NCBI GenBank assembly: GCA_040218735.1
Contig: JAVJQW010000042.1
Span: forward strand, 192,001-256,000
DNA: 64,000 bases
Source: Deltaproteobacteria bacterium
GTDB taxonomy: Bacteria; Myxococcota; Kuafuiibacteriia; Kuafuiibacteriales; Kuafuiibacteriaceae
Direction of reading: 5' to 3'
Shown one piece after another: positions 9,550 through 18,193 of this stretch. The stretch's first letter is position 1, and each line of letters opens with the position of its first letter. The notes under the pieces are model-generated. The model was not told the DNA's origin. It was given only the letters and a program-made list of their open reading frames with translations, and searched no databases. Made by a program: the position numbers and the translations under genes.

Positions 9550-9569
9550 GACGGGGTACGCCGCCTAGG
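9550..9569 (+). repeat. Right 20-bp direct repeat (attR-like)
   Basis: GACGGGGTACGCCGCCTAGG identical to 5462-5481; contains the minus-strand stop codon of the sigma54-type regulator. Confidence 0.9.
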
Positions 9570-11061
9570 AATCGTTGTGTCGCCCCAACCCGTGCAGGCG
9601 GATCAGGTTGTACATGTGCGAACGCGTGATCTGTAGGCGGTCGGCCGCGCGCGCTACGACGCCGTCCTCGGCGTCGAGCGCCTGCGCCACCAACCTCCGC
9701 TGAAAGGCGCGCGTCGCCTCGTGGTACGACAGCTCGTCGTCTCGCCGACCGTCTTCGGCGGGCGCGAAATGCTGGGTCTCGATCTGCATCGCGCCGTCCC
9801 CGTTCGCTCGCAGGCGCGCGCCGATGACCACGTTCTCGAGCTCGCGGATGTTGCCGCTCCACTCTTGGTTCTGCAGCCAGAACAGCGCGGCCGGCGCGAT
9901 CGGGATCGGCTCGAGCCCGGCTTCGCTCGCCCGCTGATAGGCGAGGTGGCTCGCCAGCGCCGGGATGTCCTCGACCCGTTCCGCGAGGCTCGGCATCCGG
10001 ATCGGGAGCACGTTGATGCGGTAGTAGAGGTCCTCGCGGAAGCGCCGCTCGCGAACGCGCTCGGCGAGGTCCGCGTTCGTCGCCGTCACGACCCGTGCGT
10101 CGGCTTCCCGTTGTTGGTCGGCGCCCACCGGGAAGTAGATCTTCTCCTGCAGGAGCGTGAGCAACTTGGCTTGCGCGTCGAGGGACAGCTCCGCGACCTC
10201 GTCGAGGAACAGCGTGCCGCCCGACGCAGCGGCGACTTTGCCCTTCCGATCTTCGGTCGCCGTGGAGTGCCCGCCGCGCACCGCGCCGAACAGCTCGTTC
10301 TCCAGGAGCTCGGTCGGGAGGTTCGCGCAGTTGACGTGGACGAAGGGGCCCAGACGCCGCAGGCTGTTGCCGTGAATCGCGCGCGCCACGAGTGACTTGC
10401 CCGTGCCGCTCGCTCCCGTCAGGAGCACCGCGATGTCCGTCTTCGCGACCAGCTCCAGCTGCTCGAAGACCCGGGCGAGGGCGGCGCTGCGCCCCACGAT
10501 CGATTCGACGGACAGACGAACGCGAAGGGCATCCGTGGCGTCGTCGTCGCTGGATGGGTGCGCGAGTCGGCGCACGACCGGCGCGATGTGGAAAACGACG
10601 CGTTCGAACAGCGCGAGGTCGTCGTCGGCGAACCCTCCGCTCGAACGACCCTCGAGGTAGATCGAGCCGAGCACCGGTGCATCTCCGATCGGCGCGCAGA
10701 CGACGGCTCCGACCCTCTTCAGCTGCACGCTCTTCCGTTCCCGGAATCGTGTGTCGGCGAGCGCCGACGACGTGTGGACCGTCCGCCCCTCCGCGATGGC
10801 CTCGGCGATGATGCCGCGCGACACACGTTTCTGCGCTCGCTCGCGCTCCTCGTCCGTCAGGCCGGTGTCGATCGTCTCGGCTTCGCTCCGCGTCGCGTCG
10901 CGGTAGATCTCCATGTAGCCGTGTTCGGCCCCGAGCGTCCGCGCGGCGAGCGCCAACGCGCCGCGCACCGCCTCTCGCGGATCGTCGACGTGATAGAGGT
11001 CGAGCAGCGCAGCGTAGAGGTCACGTTCGAGCTCGGTGCGGCGGGGATCGTTCGAGCTCAC
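9565..11061 (-). CDS. GAF-AAA+-Fis HTH enhancer-binding-type transcriptional regulator (GAFTGA loop replaced by GGHSTA)
   Basis: GAF region, Walker A GASGTGKS, FVHVNCA, GGTLFLDE, RFREDLYYRIN, WSGNIRELEN, C-terminal HTH; likely GTG start at 11061. Confidence 0.9.
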   Translation of the reverse strand: MSSNDPRRTELERDLYAALLDLYHVDDPREAVRGALALAARTLGAEHGYMEIYRDATRSEAETIDTGLTDEERERAQKRVSRGIIAEAIAEGRTVHTSSALADTRFRERKSVQLKRVGAVVCAPIGDAPVLGSIYLEGRSSGGFADDDLALFERVVFHIAPVVRRLAHPSSDDDATDALRVRLSVESIVGRSAALARVFEQLELVAKTDIAVLLTGASGTGKSLVARAIHGNSLRRLGPFVHVNCANLPTELLENELFGAVRGGHSTATEDRKGKVAAASGGTLFLDEVAELSLDAQAKLLTLLQEKIYFPVGADQQREADARVVTATNADLAERVRERRFREDLYYRINVLPIRMPSLAERVEDIPALASHLAYQRASEAGLEPIPIAPAALFWLQNQEWSGNIRELENVVIGARLRANGDGAMQIETQHFAPAEDGRRDDELSYHEATRAFQRRLVAQALDAEDGVVARAADRLQITRSHMYNLIRLHGLGRHNDS

Positions 11062-11139
11062 GCCCTCGCATGCTCCGTGACGACCAGAACCGGAATCAAT
11101 CCGCGGTAACGCCGCCGTCCGCGAGGCCAGGCGAATCAC

Positions 11140-12141
11140 TCAGTGCGCGAGCAGAGTCCACAGCGCGTCGGCCGCCAACCCCGGCGACCCCGCACCCGCG
11201 CGCTCCGCTTCGTGCACGCGTTTCACCACGCGCCGGTTGATCGGCGCGTCGATGCCGGCCGCTTCGGCGCGTCGGACGATCTCGCCGTTGAGCCAATCGA
11301 CCTCCGTCGGTCGGCCCCGCGTGAGGTCTTCCCACATCGACGAGCGCGCGTCGGCGTCGACCTTCATCTGTGCGCCGGTCACGAGGCGGACGATCGGCGT
11401 CGGCAGGCGCAACACCTTCGGCATCAGGCCGACCGGTACGCCGCGCAGCTTCGCGGGCCGCACACCCGAAGCGCGCGCGACGGCGAGGCCCTCGTCGATC
11501 AGCGCGGCGACGCAGCGACGATAGCCAGGCGACAATAGGATCTGTCGGGTCGGCGCGTCCGACAACGCGCTCACCGCGTTGTTGAGGTTCACACACAGCT
11601 TCGTCCACTGGTGCGGCACGAGATCGTCGTACACGACGAGGTCGAGCTCGCCGGCGCGAATCGCGGCGTTCGATCGCGGCTCGGGTTCGAGCACGATCGG
11701 CCCGTCCATCGTCCGGTGGAATCGACCCTCGCCGCGCGACACCACGTTGTACTCCACGATGCCGGGCACCACGCGTCGCGGACCGAGGTGCAGGCGCAAC
11801 CGGTCCGCGTTGCCCAACCCGTTCTGCAGGCTCGCGACGACCGCGTCCTCCCGGAGAATCGGCGCGAGCACCTTCGCGACCTCTTCGGTCTGCCCGCTCT
11901 TCACCGCGACGAACACGACGTCGCACGCCGCGAGCGCCGCGGGATCCGTGACGTACCGGATCGTCTGTGCGCGGCGGGGCGCGGCGTCCAGGTCCTGGAC
12001 CGAGAGCCCGTGCTCCGCGATCTCTTTTGCCAGCCGCTCGCGCCCGACGAGGACGACCTCGGCGCCGGACAGCGCGATCTTGCCGCCGACGTAACAACCG
12101 ATGGAACCGGCGCCCATCACGCCGACGGTGGGGGCCGCCAC
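11140..12141 (-). CDS. panE: 2-dehydropantoate 2-reductase (ketopantoate reductase)
   Basis: GAGSIG Rossmann motif, VAVKS, SLQNGLGN, WTKLCVN, SSMWEDL, TEVDWLNGEIV; start re-assigned to GTG 12141. Confidence 0.85.
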   Translation of the reverse strand: MAAPTVGVMGAGSIGCYVGGKIALSGAEVVLVGRERLAKEIAEHGLSVQDLDAAPRRAQTIRYVTDPAALAACDVVFVAVKSGQTEEVAKVLAPILREDAVVASLQNGLGNADRLRLHLGPRRVVPGIVEYNVVSRGEGRFHRTMDGPIVLEPEPRSNAAIRAGELDLVVYDDLVPHQWTKLCVNLNNAVSALSDAPTRQILLSPGYRRCVAALIDEGLAVARASGVRPAKLRGVPVGLMPKVLRLPTPIVRLVTGAQMKVDADARSSMWEDLTRGRPTEVDWLNGEIVRRAEAAGIDAPINRRVVKRVHEAERAGAGSPGLAADALWTLLAH

Positions 12142-12220
12142 GCGCGCGATGATGCCGCTTCGCTCGTCGCCGGCAAATCGGTCTTCCCGCATCGCGCCCC
12201 CCGGTGCTACCCCACCCCCT

Positions 12221-13117
12221 GTGTTTCCGCGGCTGTCGTTCTTCTTCCGGCAGGCGCTCCTCGCGCTCGTCCGGTCGCTCGGCGTCACGTCGGTCGCGGT
12301 GGCGACGATCGGCGTCGCGCTCGCGGTGCTCGCGACCTTCGTGGTCATCGTCGACAACCTGCGCCGCGTCGCGGAAGAGCTCGGTCGCGACGTCGAGATC
12401 TCCGCGTACGTGCCGAAGGCGATCACCCGCGTCGACGGCGTGACCCTCGCCGCCGAGATCGAGTCCTGGGACGACGTCGAGAAGGCGCGCTTCCTCGAGT
12501 CCGAAGTCGCGATGGAGGAGTTCCGCGAGGTGCTCGCGGAGGACGCCGTGCTCCTCGAAGGCCTGCCGCCGGACCTGCTCCCGCCGTCCGTCGAGATCCG
12601 CCTCGTCCCCCGAACGTGGACGCGCGTGGAGGTCGAGGCGATCGGTCGCCGCATCGCCGAGCTGAAACCGATCGAAGACGTGCGCTTCGGTCAGGACGAC
12701 ATCGAACGCGTCAACGCGATGCTCGGCTTCGCGCGCATCACCACGCTGATCCTCGGCATCGCGCTCTGCCTCGGCACCATACTGATCGTGTCGAACACCA
12801 TCCGCCTTACCGTCTACGCCCGGCGCGACGAGATCGAGATCATGAGCCTCGTCGGAGCGACCAACGCGTTCGTTCGCGCGCCCTTCGTGCTCGAAGGCAT
12901 GATCCAGGGCGTCCTCGGTGGCGCGTTCGCCGCCATCGTCCTCGTCGTGCTCGAAGAAGGGCTCCGCGTGGGCCTCGAACGCGGCCTCTCCTACGCCTAC
13001 GGGCCGGTCGATCTCTCGTTCGTCCCCTTACACTTCATCGGCTACCTCCTCATCGCGGGCGTGACGCTCGGCCTCGTGGGTTCGGTGCTCGCGGTGGGGC
13101 GCTTCCTGAAGGTATGA
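12221..13117 (+). CDS. ftsX: Cell division permease FtsX
   Basis: 1+3 TM layout; LPPSVEI; IVSNTIRLTVYARRDEIEIMSLVGATNAFVRAPFVLEG. Confidence 0.92.
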   Translation: MFPRLSFFFRQALLALVRSLGVTSVAVATIGVALAVLATFVVIVDNLRRVAEELGRDVEISAYVPKAITRVDGVTLAAEIESWDDVEKARFLESEVAMEEFREVLAEDAVLLEGLPPDLLPPSVEIRLVPRTWTRVEVEAIGRRIAELKPIEDVRFGQDDIERVNAMLGFARITTLILGIALCLGTILIVSNTIRLTVYARRDEIEIMSLVGATNAFVRAPFVLEGMIQGVLGGAFAAIVLVVLEEGLRVGLERGLSYAYGPVDLSFVPLHFIGYLLIAGVTLGLVGSVLAVGRFLKV

Positions 13118-14220
13118 CGCCCGCGCTGCTCATCCTCCTCGCCGTCGGCGCGCCGAGCGGGACCCCGGAGTGGTCCGCGTTGCAGCGCCGGCTCGCGCAA
13201 GACAGGTTGCGCGTGCGTTTCCTACGCCGCGAAGAGCTCACGATCAAACAGGGCATCCGCGAGCTCGACCGCGAGATGAAGAAGACCGACAAGCGGATCG
13301 ACACACTCGCCGACGAAGCCGACCGCACGCGCGACCGTATCGAGGAGCTCGACCGCCGCATCACGTCGATCGAGAACCGCATGGGCAACCTCCGCGAGAC
13401 CGTCGGCCGCCGCGCCGCCGCGATGCTTCGGCTGCGCCGCACCAACCTCGCGACCATCCTCGACCACGCCGTCACACCCGGCGACGCACGCCGGCTCGAG
13501 GAGCGCCTCGAACGGGTCATCGCGTTCGACGCCGATCTGATCCGGAACGTCCGCGACACGAGCGTCCAGGAGCGCGACGCCCGCGACACCCTCGAAGCCG
13601 AGCTCACGAAGCTCCAAGAGACGACCGACGCCCTCGAACAAGAGAACATCGACGCCGCGCTCCTCCGCGAGGAACGCGCGGCGCTGCTCGACGCCGTCGC
13701 GAAGGAGCGCCGTCAGTCCGGTCGCCTCCTTGCGGATCTGCTCCGCGCGTCACGTCGGCTCAAACAAGAGCTCGGCGTCGTGCGCGGCGCCCGCCCGGCG
13801 CCCGAGCGCGCCGAGGGCGGCTTCTCCGCGCAGAAGGGGCGCCTACCGTGGCCGGTGACGGGCACGGTCGAATCGATCTTCGGCAAGACCGTCGACACCG
13901 TCTCGGGGATGGTGATGGTCCAGCGCGGCATCGACATCCGCGCTCCGCAGTCCGCGTTGATCCGCAACGTGTTCGACGGGCGCGTCGCGTTCGCGGGTCG
14001 TGTCGAGGGGCTGGGGCGCGTGTTGATCGTGGAGCACGAAGGCTTCCATTCGATCTACGCGCACCTCGAGTCGTTCCAGGTCCGCAAGGGCCAGACCGTC
14101 GGGCAGTACCAAGTGCTCGGGTTCGTCGGTGACTCCGACTCCACGAAGGGCGCCCACCTGTACTTCGAGCTGCGCGAAGGGCGCGAGGCGGTCGACCCGA
14201 TGACGTGGCTCAGTTCGTGA
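13114..14220 (+). CDS. envC: Murein hydrolase activator EnvC (coiled coil + degenerate M23/LytM)
   Basis: Signal peptide, long coiled coil, KGRLPWPVTG, GIDIRA, YAHL, LYFELR; Zn ligands degenerate (QRGID, HLY); ATGA overlap with ftsX. Confidence 0.85.
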   Translation: MTPALLILLAVGAPSGTPEWSALQRRLAQDRLRVRFLRREELTIKQGIRELDREMKKTDKRIDTLADEADRTRDRIEELDRRITSIENRMGNLRETVGRRAAAMLRLRRTNLATILDHAVTPGDARRLEERLERVIAFDADLIRNVRDTSVQERDARDTLEAELTKLQETTDALEQENIDAALLREERAALLDAVAKERRQSGRLLADLLRASRRLKQELGVVRGARPAPERAEGGFSAQKGRLPWPVTGTVESIFGKTVDTVSGMVMVQRGIDIRAPQSALIRNVFDGRVAFAGRVEGLGRVLIVEHEGFHSIYAHLESFQVRKGQTVGQYQVLGFVGDSDSTKGAHLYFELREGREAVDPMTWLSS

Positions 14221-14740
14221 GCGCGCACGCGGCGAGCACGTTGTCGAGGTAGCCCTGGACCGCCTTCTTCTCGGCGGGGCCCTTCGCGAGGCGCTGGATC
14301 GACTTCTTCGCTTCCTCCACCGCGCCCTTGCGCACCTCGATCGACGCCTCCTTCTTGATCTCCGCGCAACGCTCGGTGAACCGCTTCTCGCATTCCTTCA
14401 GCGGCTGCGTCATGAGGCGCACGTACTTCGCCTTCTCGCGTGGCGAGTACCGCTGCTTCACCGCGTAGTCGCTCGCCTCGCGGCGCACCTTGCTCGAATC
14501 GGCGGCGCGCGTCGGGGCCGGCTTCGACATGTGCACGCCGCACTTCTCGACGCTCGGTCGCTCGAACGGGACGACGACGGTGCCGCCGAAGAGGACGATG
14601 TCCCCGTTCTCGGAGACGGCGACGACGGCGGCCTTCTGCATGTCGTCGTCGAGCGCCTTGCCGTAGCTCTTCTCCTCCGCCCGGGCCGAGCCGGCGAGGA
14701 GCAGCGCGAATGTGGTGAACAGGATGGTCTTGGTGTTCAT
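14210..14740 (-). CDS. Hypothetical secreted protein
   Basis: Signal peptide MNTKTILFTTFALLLAGSARA; host-like codon usage; four Cys. Confidence 0.7.
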   Translation of the reverse strand: MNTKTILFTTFALLLAGSARAEEKSYGKALDDDMQKAAVVAVSENGDIVLFGGTVVVPFERPSVEKCGVHMSKPAPTRAADSSKVRREASDYAVKQRYSPREKAKYVRLMTQPLKECEKRFTERCAEIKKEASIEVRKGAVEEAKKSIQRLAKGPAEKKAVQGYLDNVLAACALTN

Positions 14741-14820
14741 GGTCGAAACCCCGAAGGACAGGGTGCCCCCGAAGTACGTCGACGTTCAATCGGCGCGTCG
14801 AGGCGCTATCATCCCGCCCC

Positions 14821-15999
14821 ATGAGACGATGGTTCGAGCGCCTCGGCCTGGTCGCCGTGGCCTTCGCCGGCGGCGCGCTCGTCAGCGCCCCCCTCCACGC
14901 CCGTACCGAAGGGGACGACGCCTACCGCAGCCTCGCCGTGTTCGCGCGGGTGCTGAACTACGTGGAGAACAACTACGTCTCCGAGATCCCCGCCAAGAAC
15001 CTCATCTACGGCGCGATCCGCGGGATGCTCGCGACGCTCGACGCCCACAGCGCCTTCATGGACCCCGAACAGTACGCGGCGGTGAAGAGCGAGGCGCAGG
15101 GGGAGTTCGGGGGGATCGGCGTGGAGCTGGTCAAACGCGGCGACCGGATCGCGATCGTCGAGGTCTACAGCGACGGCCCGGCGTTCGCGGCGGGGGTGAA
15201 GGCCCACGACCGGCTCGTGGAGATCGACACCATGCCGGTCCTCGGGCGGTCGCTCGCGGAGGTCGTCCGGGCGATCAAGGGGCCGGCCGGGTCGGCGCTG
15301 GTCCTGACCGTGGAGCGGGACGGGGTGAACGGTCTGATCGAGCTGTCGGTGGTGCGGTCCCGGATCCGGGCGGTGTCGGTGGACCACGTGCGCCTCGGCG
15401 ACTTCGGGAAGGTTTCGATTCGGTCCTTCACGGAGCACACCGCGCAGGACGTGAAGGCGGCGCTCGACGCGCTGCGTGAGAGCGGGCCGATCCGCGGCCT
15501 GGTGCTGGACGTCCGCGACAACCCGGGCGGTCTGCTCGACGAGGCGGTGCGGATCGCCGACCTGTGGCTCGCGTCGGGGATCATCGTGAGCACCGAGGGG
15601 CGGGGGCGGGCGCCGGACGTCGAATATGCCCACCCTCGGCATACGCAGCCGGACTATCCGATTGTGGTCCTGGTGAACGGGGGGACCGCGTCGGCGTCCG
15701 AGATCGTGGCGGGTGCGCTGCAGGACCACCACCGGGGGGTGGTGCTGGGGACCCAGACGTTCGGGAAGGGGTCGGTCCAGACGGTCATCGAGCTGGAGGA
15801 CCACTCTGCGCTCAAGCTGACCATCGCGAAGTACTTCACGCCGGCGCACCGCTCCATCCAGGGGACGGGGATCACACCCGATGTCGTCGTCCCGGTGTCG
15901 CGGTCGAAAAACCCCGCACCTGTCGGGCGCCCGACCGACAATCAGCTCGACGCGGCCCTGACGCTCCTGGAGCGCTGGCGGGCCGGCGCGAAGCCTTGA
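14821..15999 (+). CDS. ctpA: Carboxyl-terminal processing protease, S41 family
   Basis: LDAHSAF, FGGIG PDZ, LDVRDNPGGLL, TASASEIVAGALQD, TFGKGSVQ, GITPD. Confidence 0.93.
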   Translation: MRRWFERLGLVAVAFAGGALVSAPLHARTEGDDAYRSLAVFARVLNYVENNYVSEIPAKNLIYGAIRGMLATLDAHSAFMDPEQYAAVKSEAQGEFGGIGVELVKRGDRIAIVEVYSDGPAFAAGVKAHDRLVEIDTMPVLGRSLAEVVRAIKGPAGSALVLTVERDGVNGLIELSVVRSRIRAVSVDHVRLGDFGKVSIRSFTEHTAQDVKAALDALRESGPIRGLVLDVRDNPGGLLDEAVRIADLWLASGIIVSTEGRGRAPDVEYAHPRHTQPDYPIVVLVNGGTASASEIVAGALQDHHRGVVLGTQTFGKGSVQTVIELEDHSALKLTIAKYFTPAHRSIQGTGITPDVVVPVSRSKNPAPVGRPTDNQLDAALTLLERWRAGAKP

Positions 16000-16090
16000 C
16001 AGACGATGTGTCTCGTCGGGTCGCGGTCGCCTTCTTTACGCTCCGAAATCACCATGGTATCCGAACAATTCGGGGTTTAGGGGCCCGCCT

Positions 16091-18193
16091 GTGGCGACCA
16101 TCTTCAAGCTCATCATCGAGGATGACGAGGGTAAGACGACCGTCTATCCCCTGGCCGAGTCGGAGGTCGCGATCGGCCGTCGCGACGGCAACACGATCCG
16201 GCTCATGGAGCGGAACGTTTCGCGACGTCACGCGAAGCTGAGTCGTACGAACGGCACCGTCTTCATCGAAGACCTCGACAGCTACAACGGCATCCGCATC
16301 AACGGCGAGCGCATCACCGGCAAGTACGAGGTGAAGGAAGGCGACCTCGTCGAGATCGGCGACTACCACCTCGCGCTCCAGCGCACCGAGGTGCAGGAAG
16401 AAGCCGCGCCGGCCGCGCCGCAGAAACAAGACGGGCAGTGGCCGCAGGCCGGCACCGTCCCGGACTTCCGCCTCCCCGAAGAGATCCTGCAGGACGTCCA
16501 GCACGGCCCGCGCGACACGCTGCACGACGAGCCGATGCCGCAGATGTTCGGCGCGCCGACGGTGGAGGGACCCGGCGGACAGGCGGACCCGATGGTGCGT
16601 CCGCCGCCGCGCGGTGAGGACGGCGCTTCGCGTGACCTCCCGCCGTTCCCGCAGCCGGGCGGTCAGCCGCTCGCGCGTGTGCCGCTGCAGAAGACCGACA
16701 GCGAGACGCCGACGGAGCGCCCCGCGGACAAGCCGCTCGCCATGGGCCCGGCGCGTGTGTCGTCGGTGCCGCGTCTGGTCTGCGTGAGCACGAGCTACGC
16801 GGGCAAGGAGTTCGCGCTCACACGACCCGAGCTGATCATCGGCCGCGTCGAAGACAACGACATCGTGATCGAGCACCGCTCGGTCTCGCGCAATCACGCG
16901 AAGATCCTCTCCAACGAGGGGACCCACAAGATCATCGATCTCCAGAGCGCGAACGGCATCCTCGTGAACGGCGAGGAGTACGCGATGACGGACCTCCGCA
17001 AGGGGGACCTCATCGAGCTCGGCCACGTGCGGTTCAGGTTCACGCCGGCGAACGAGCCGTTCATCCCGACCTCCGAAGAAGCCGACGAGATGCGCAACGC
17101 CGGTGTCGAGCCGCCGTCGCGGGAAGCCTCGAAACCCGCGTCGTCGCCCGCCGCGCCCGCGCTGGAGGCGCCGGCCGTGCAGAGCACGCCGTCGGAGCCG
17201 GCGATGGCTTCGTACGATCCGAGCCAGGCCGCGACGGTGACGGACACGCCGCTCGACGCGCTGCAGATGGGGCAGGCATTCGCGCCGCAGCTGCAGAAGG
17301 CGCCGTCGGCGGGTTCGAATGGCGTGGCGACCGAGGTGAAGAGCGATCCGCCGCCGAAGCGCGCGACCGCCGACCAGCGCCCGACCGAGCTCAACCACGC
17401 GACCCGTCAGCCGGCGAGCCCGCTCGCGGCACCGGCGGCGATGCCCAAGTCGCGTCGCGCGTCGCAGGAGCCGGCCACCCACCAGGCGCGCGTCGACGAT
17501 CCCGCGCCCGCGCCGCCGAAGAGCAAGGCGCCCCTGATGATCCTGATGGGGTTGTTGGTGATCGTCATCGTGGTGCTCGCGGTGGTGTTGCTGCAGCCGG
17601 ACTCCGGCGGACGTGACACCCGCCTCGAGGAGCTGGCGCAGCTGATCAAGCAGGACGACTTCCAGGGCGCCGTCGACTTCTACGAGGCGCACAAGGGTGA
17701 GTTCTCGAACGAGAGCGCCGCGTCGCTGTTCTACGAGCAGGCGCTCGACAACATCGAGAAGGACGAGGTCCCCGACGCTCCGCCGACGACGCCGGACGAC
17801 CCCGCGCCGATCCCGGTGCCGGACGATCCCGAGGTCGACACGACCCCGCCGCCTCCGGAGCCGCCGCCGCCGCCCGCGCGTACGAAGAAACGTCAGCGGG
17901 TGCGCCGCGTGAAGCGGACGCCTCCGACCGAGAACAAGGCCGACCAGGCGTTCGAGCGCGGCAAGACGGCGCTGCTCATGGGCAAACTCTCGGACGCCGA
18001 GGCCGAGCTGCTGTCGTGCCTCAAGCTCGACCCGAAGTACGCCGACTGTCACCGCAACCTCGGCGTGCTGTACGCGAAGCAGGACGATACGCCGCGCGCG
18101 GTGAAGCACTATCGGCGGTACATCGAGCTCGCGCCCAACGCGAAGGACGCCGATCGCGTCCGCGCGATGCTCAAAGACGTCGAGACGCCGTGA
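16091..18193 (+). CDS. Double-FHA membrane protein with C-terminal TPR module
   Basis: Two FHA domains (IGRRDGN..VSRRHA..DLDSYNG; IGRVEDND..VSRNHA..DLQSANG); TM helix; Pro-rich linker; TPR. Confidence 0.9.
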   Translation: MATIFKLIIEDDEGKTTVYPLAESEVAIGRRDGNTIRLMERNVSRRHAKLSRTNGTVFIEDLDSYNGIRINGERITGKYEVKEGDLVEIGDYHLALQRTEVQEEAAPAAPQKQDGQWPQAGTVPDFRLPEEILQDVQHGPRDTLHDEPMPQMFGAPTVEGPGGQADPMVRPPPRGEDGASRDLPPFPQPGGQPLARVPLQKTDSETPTERPADKPLAMGPARVSSVPRLVCVSTSYAGKEFALTRPELIIGRVEDNDIVIEHRSVSRNHAKILSNEGTHKIIDLQSANGILVNGEEYAMTDLRKGDLIELGHVRFRFTPANEPFIPTSEEADEMRNAGVEPPSREASKPASSPAAPALEAPAVQSTPSEPAMASYDPSQAATVTDTPLDALQMGQAFAPQLQKAPSAGSNGVATEVKSDPPPKRATADQRPTELNHATRQPASPLAAPAAMPKSRRASQEPATHQARVDDPAPAPPKSKAPLMILMGLLVIVIVVLAVVLLQPDSGGRDTRLEELAQLIKQDDFQGAVDFYEAHKGEFSNESAASLFYEQALDNIEKDEVPDAPPTTPDDPAPIPVPDDPEVDTTPPPPEPPPPPARTKKRQRVRRVKRTPPTENKADQAFERGKTALLMGKLSDAEAELLSCLKLDPKYADCHRNLGVLYAKQDDTPRAVKHYRRYIELAPNAKDADRVRAMLKDVETP

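Larger units (their letters stand above)
5462..9569. mobile_element. Horizontally acquired genomic islet (no integrase or transposase visible)
   Basis: Exact 20-bp flanking direct repeats; abrupt drop in GC and appearance of many A/T-ending codons (CTA, TTA, AGA, GAA) between them; defence-type cargo. Confidence 0.8.

Noticed and set aside
11611-13113. Apparent 869-aa fusion ORF ending in the M23 domain
   Set aside because: The N-terminal part is a shadow of panE/ftsX; envC starts at the ATG at 13114.
13114-14220. Missing zinc ligands in the M23 domain as a sign of pseudogenisation
   Set aside because: A degenerate LytM site is the normal state of EnvC.
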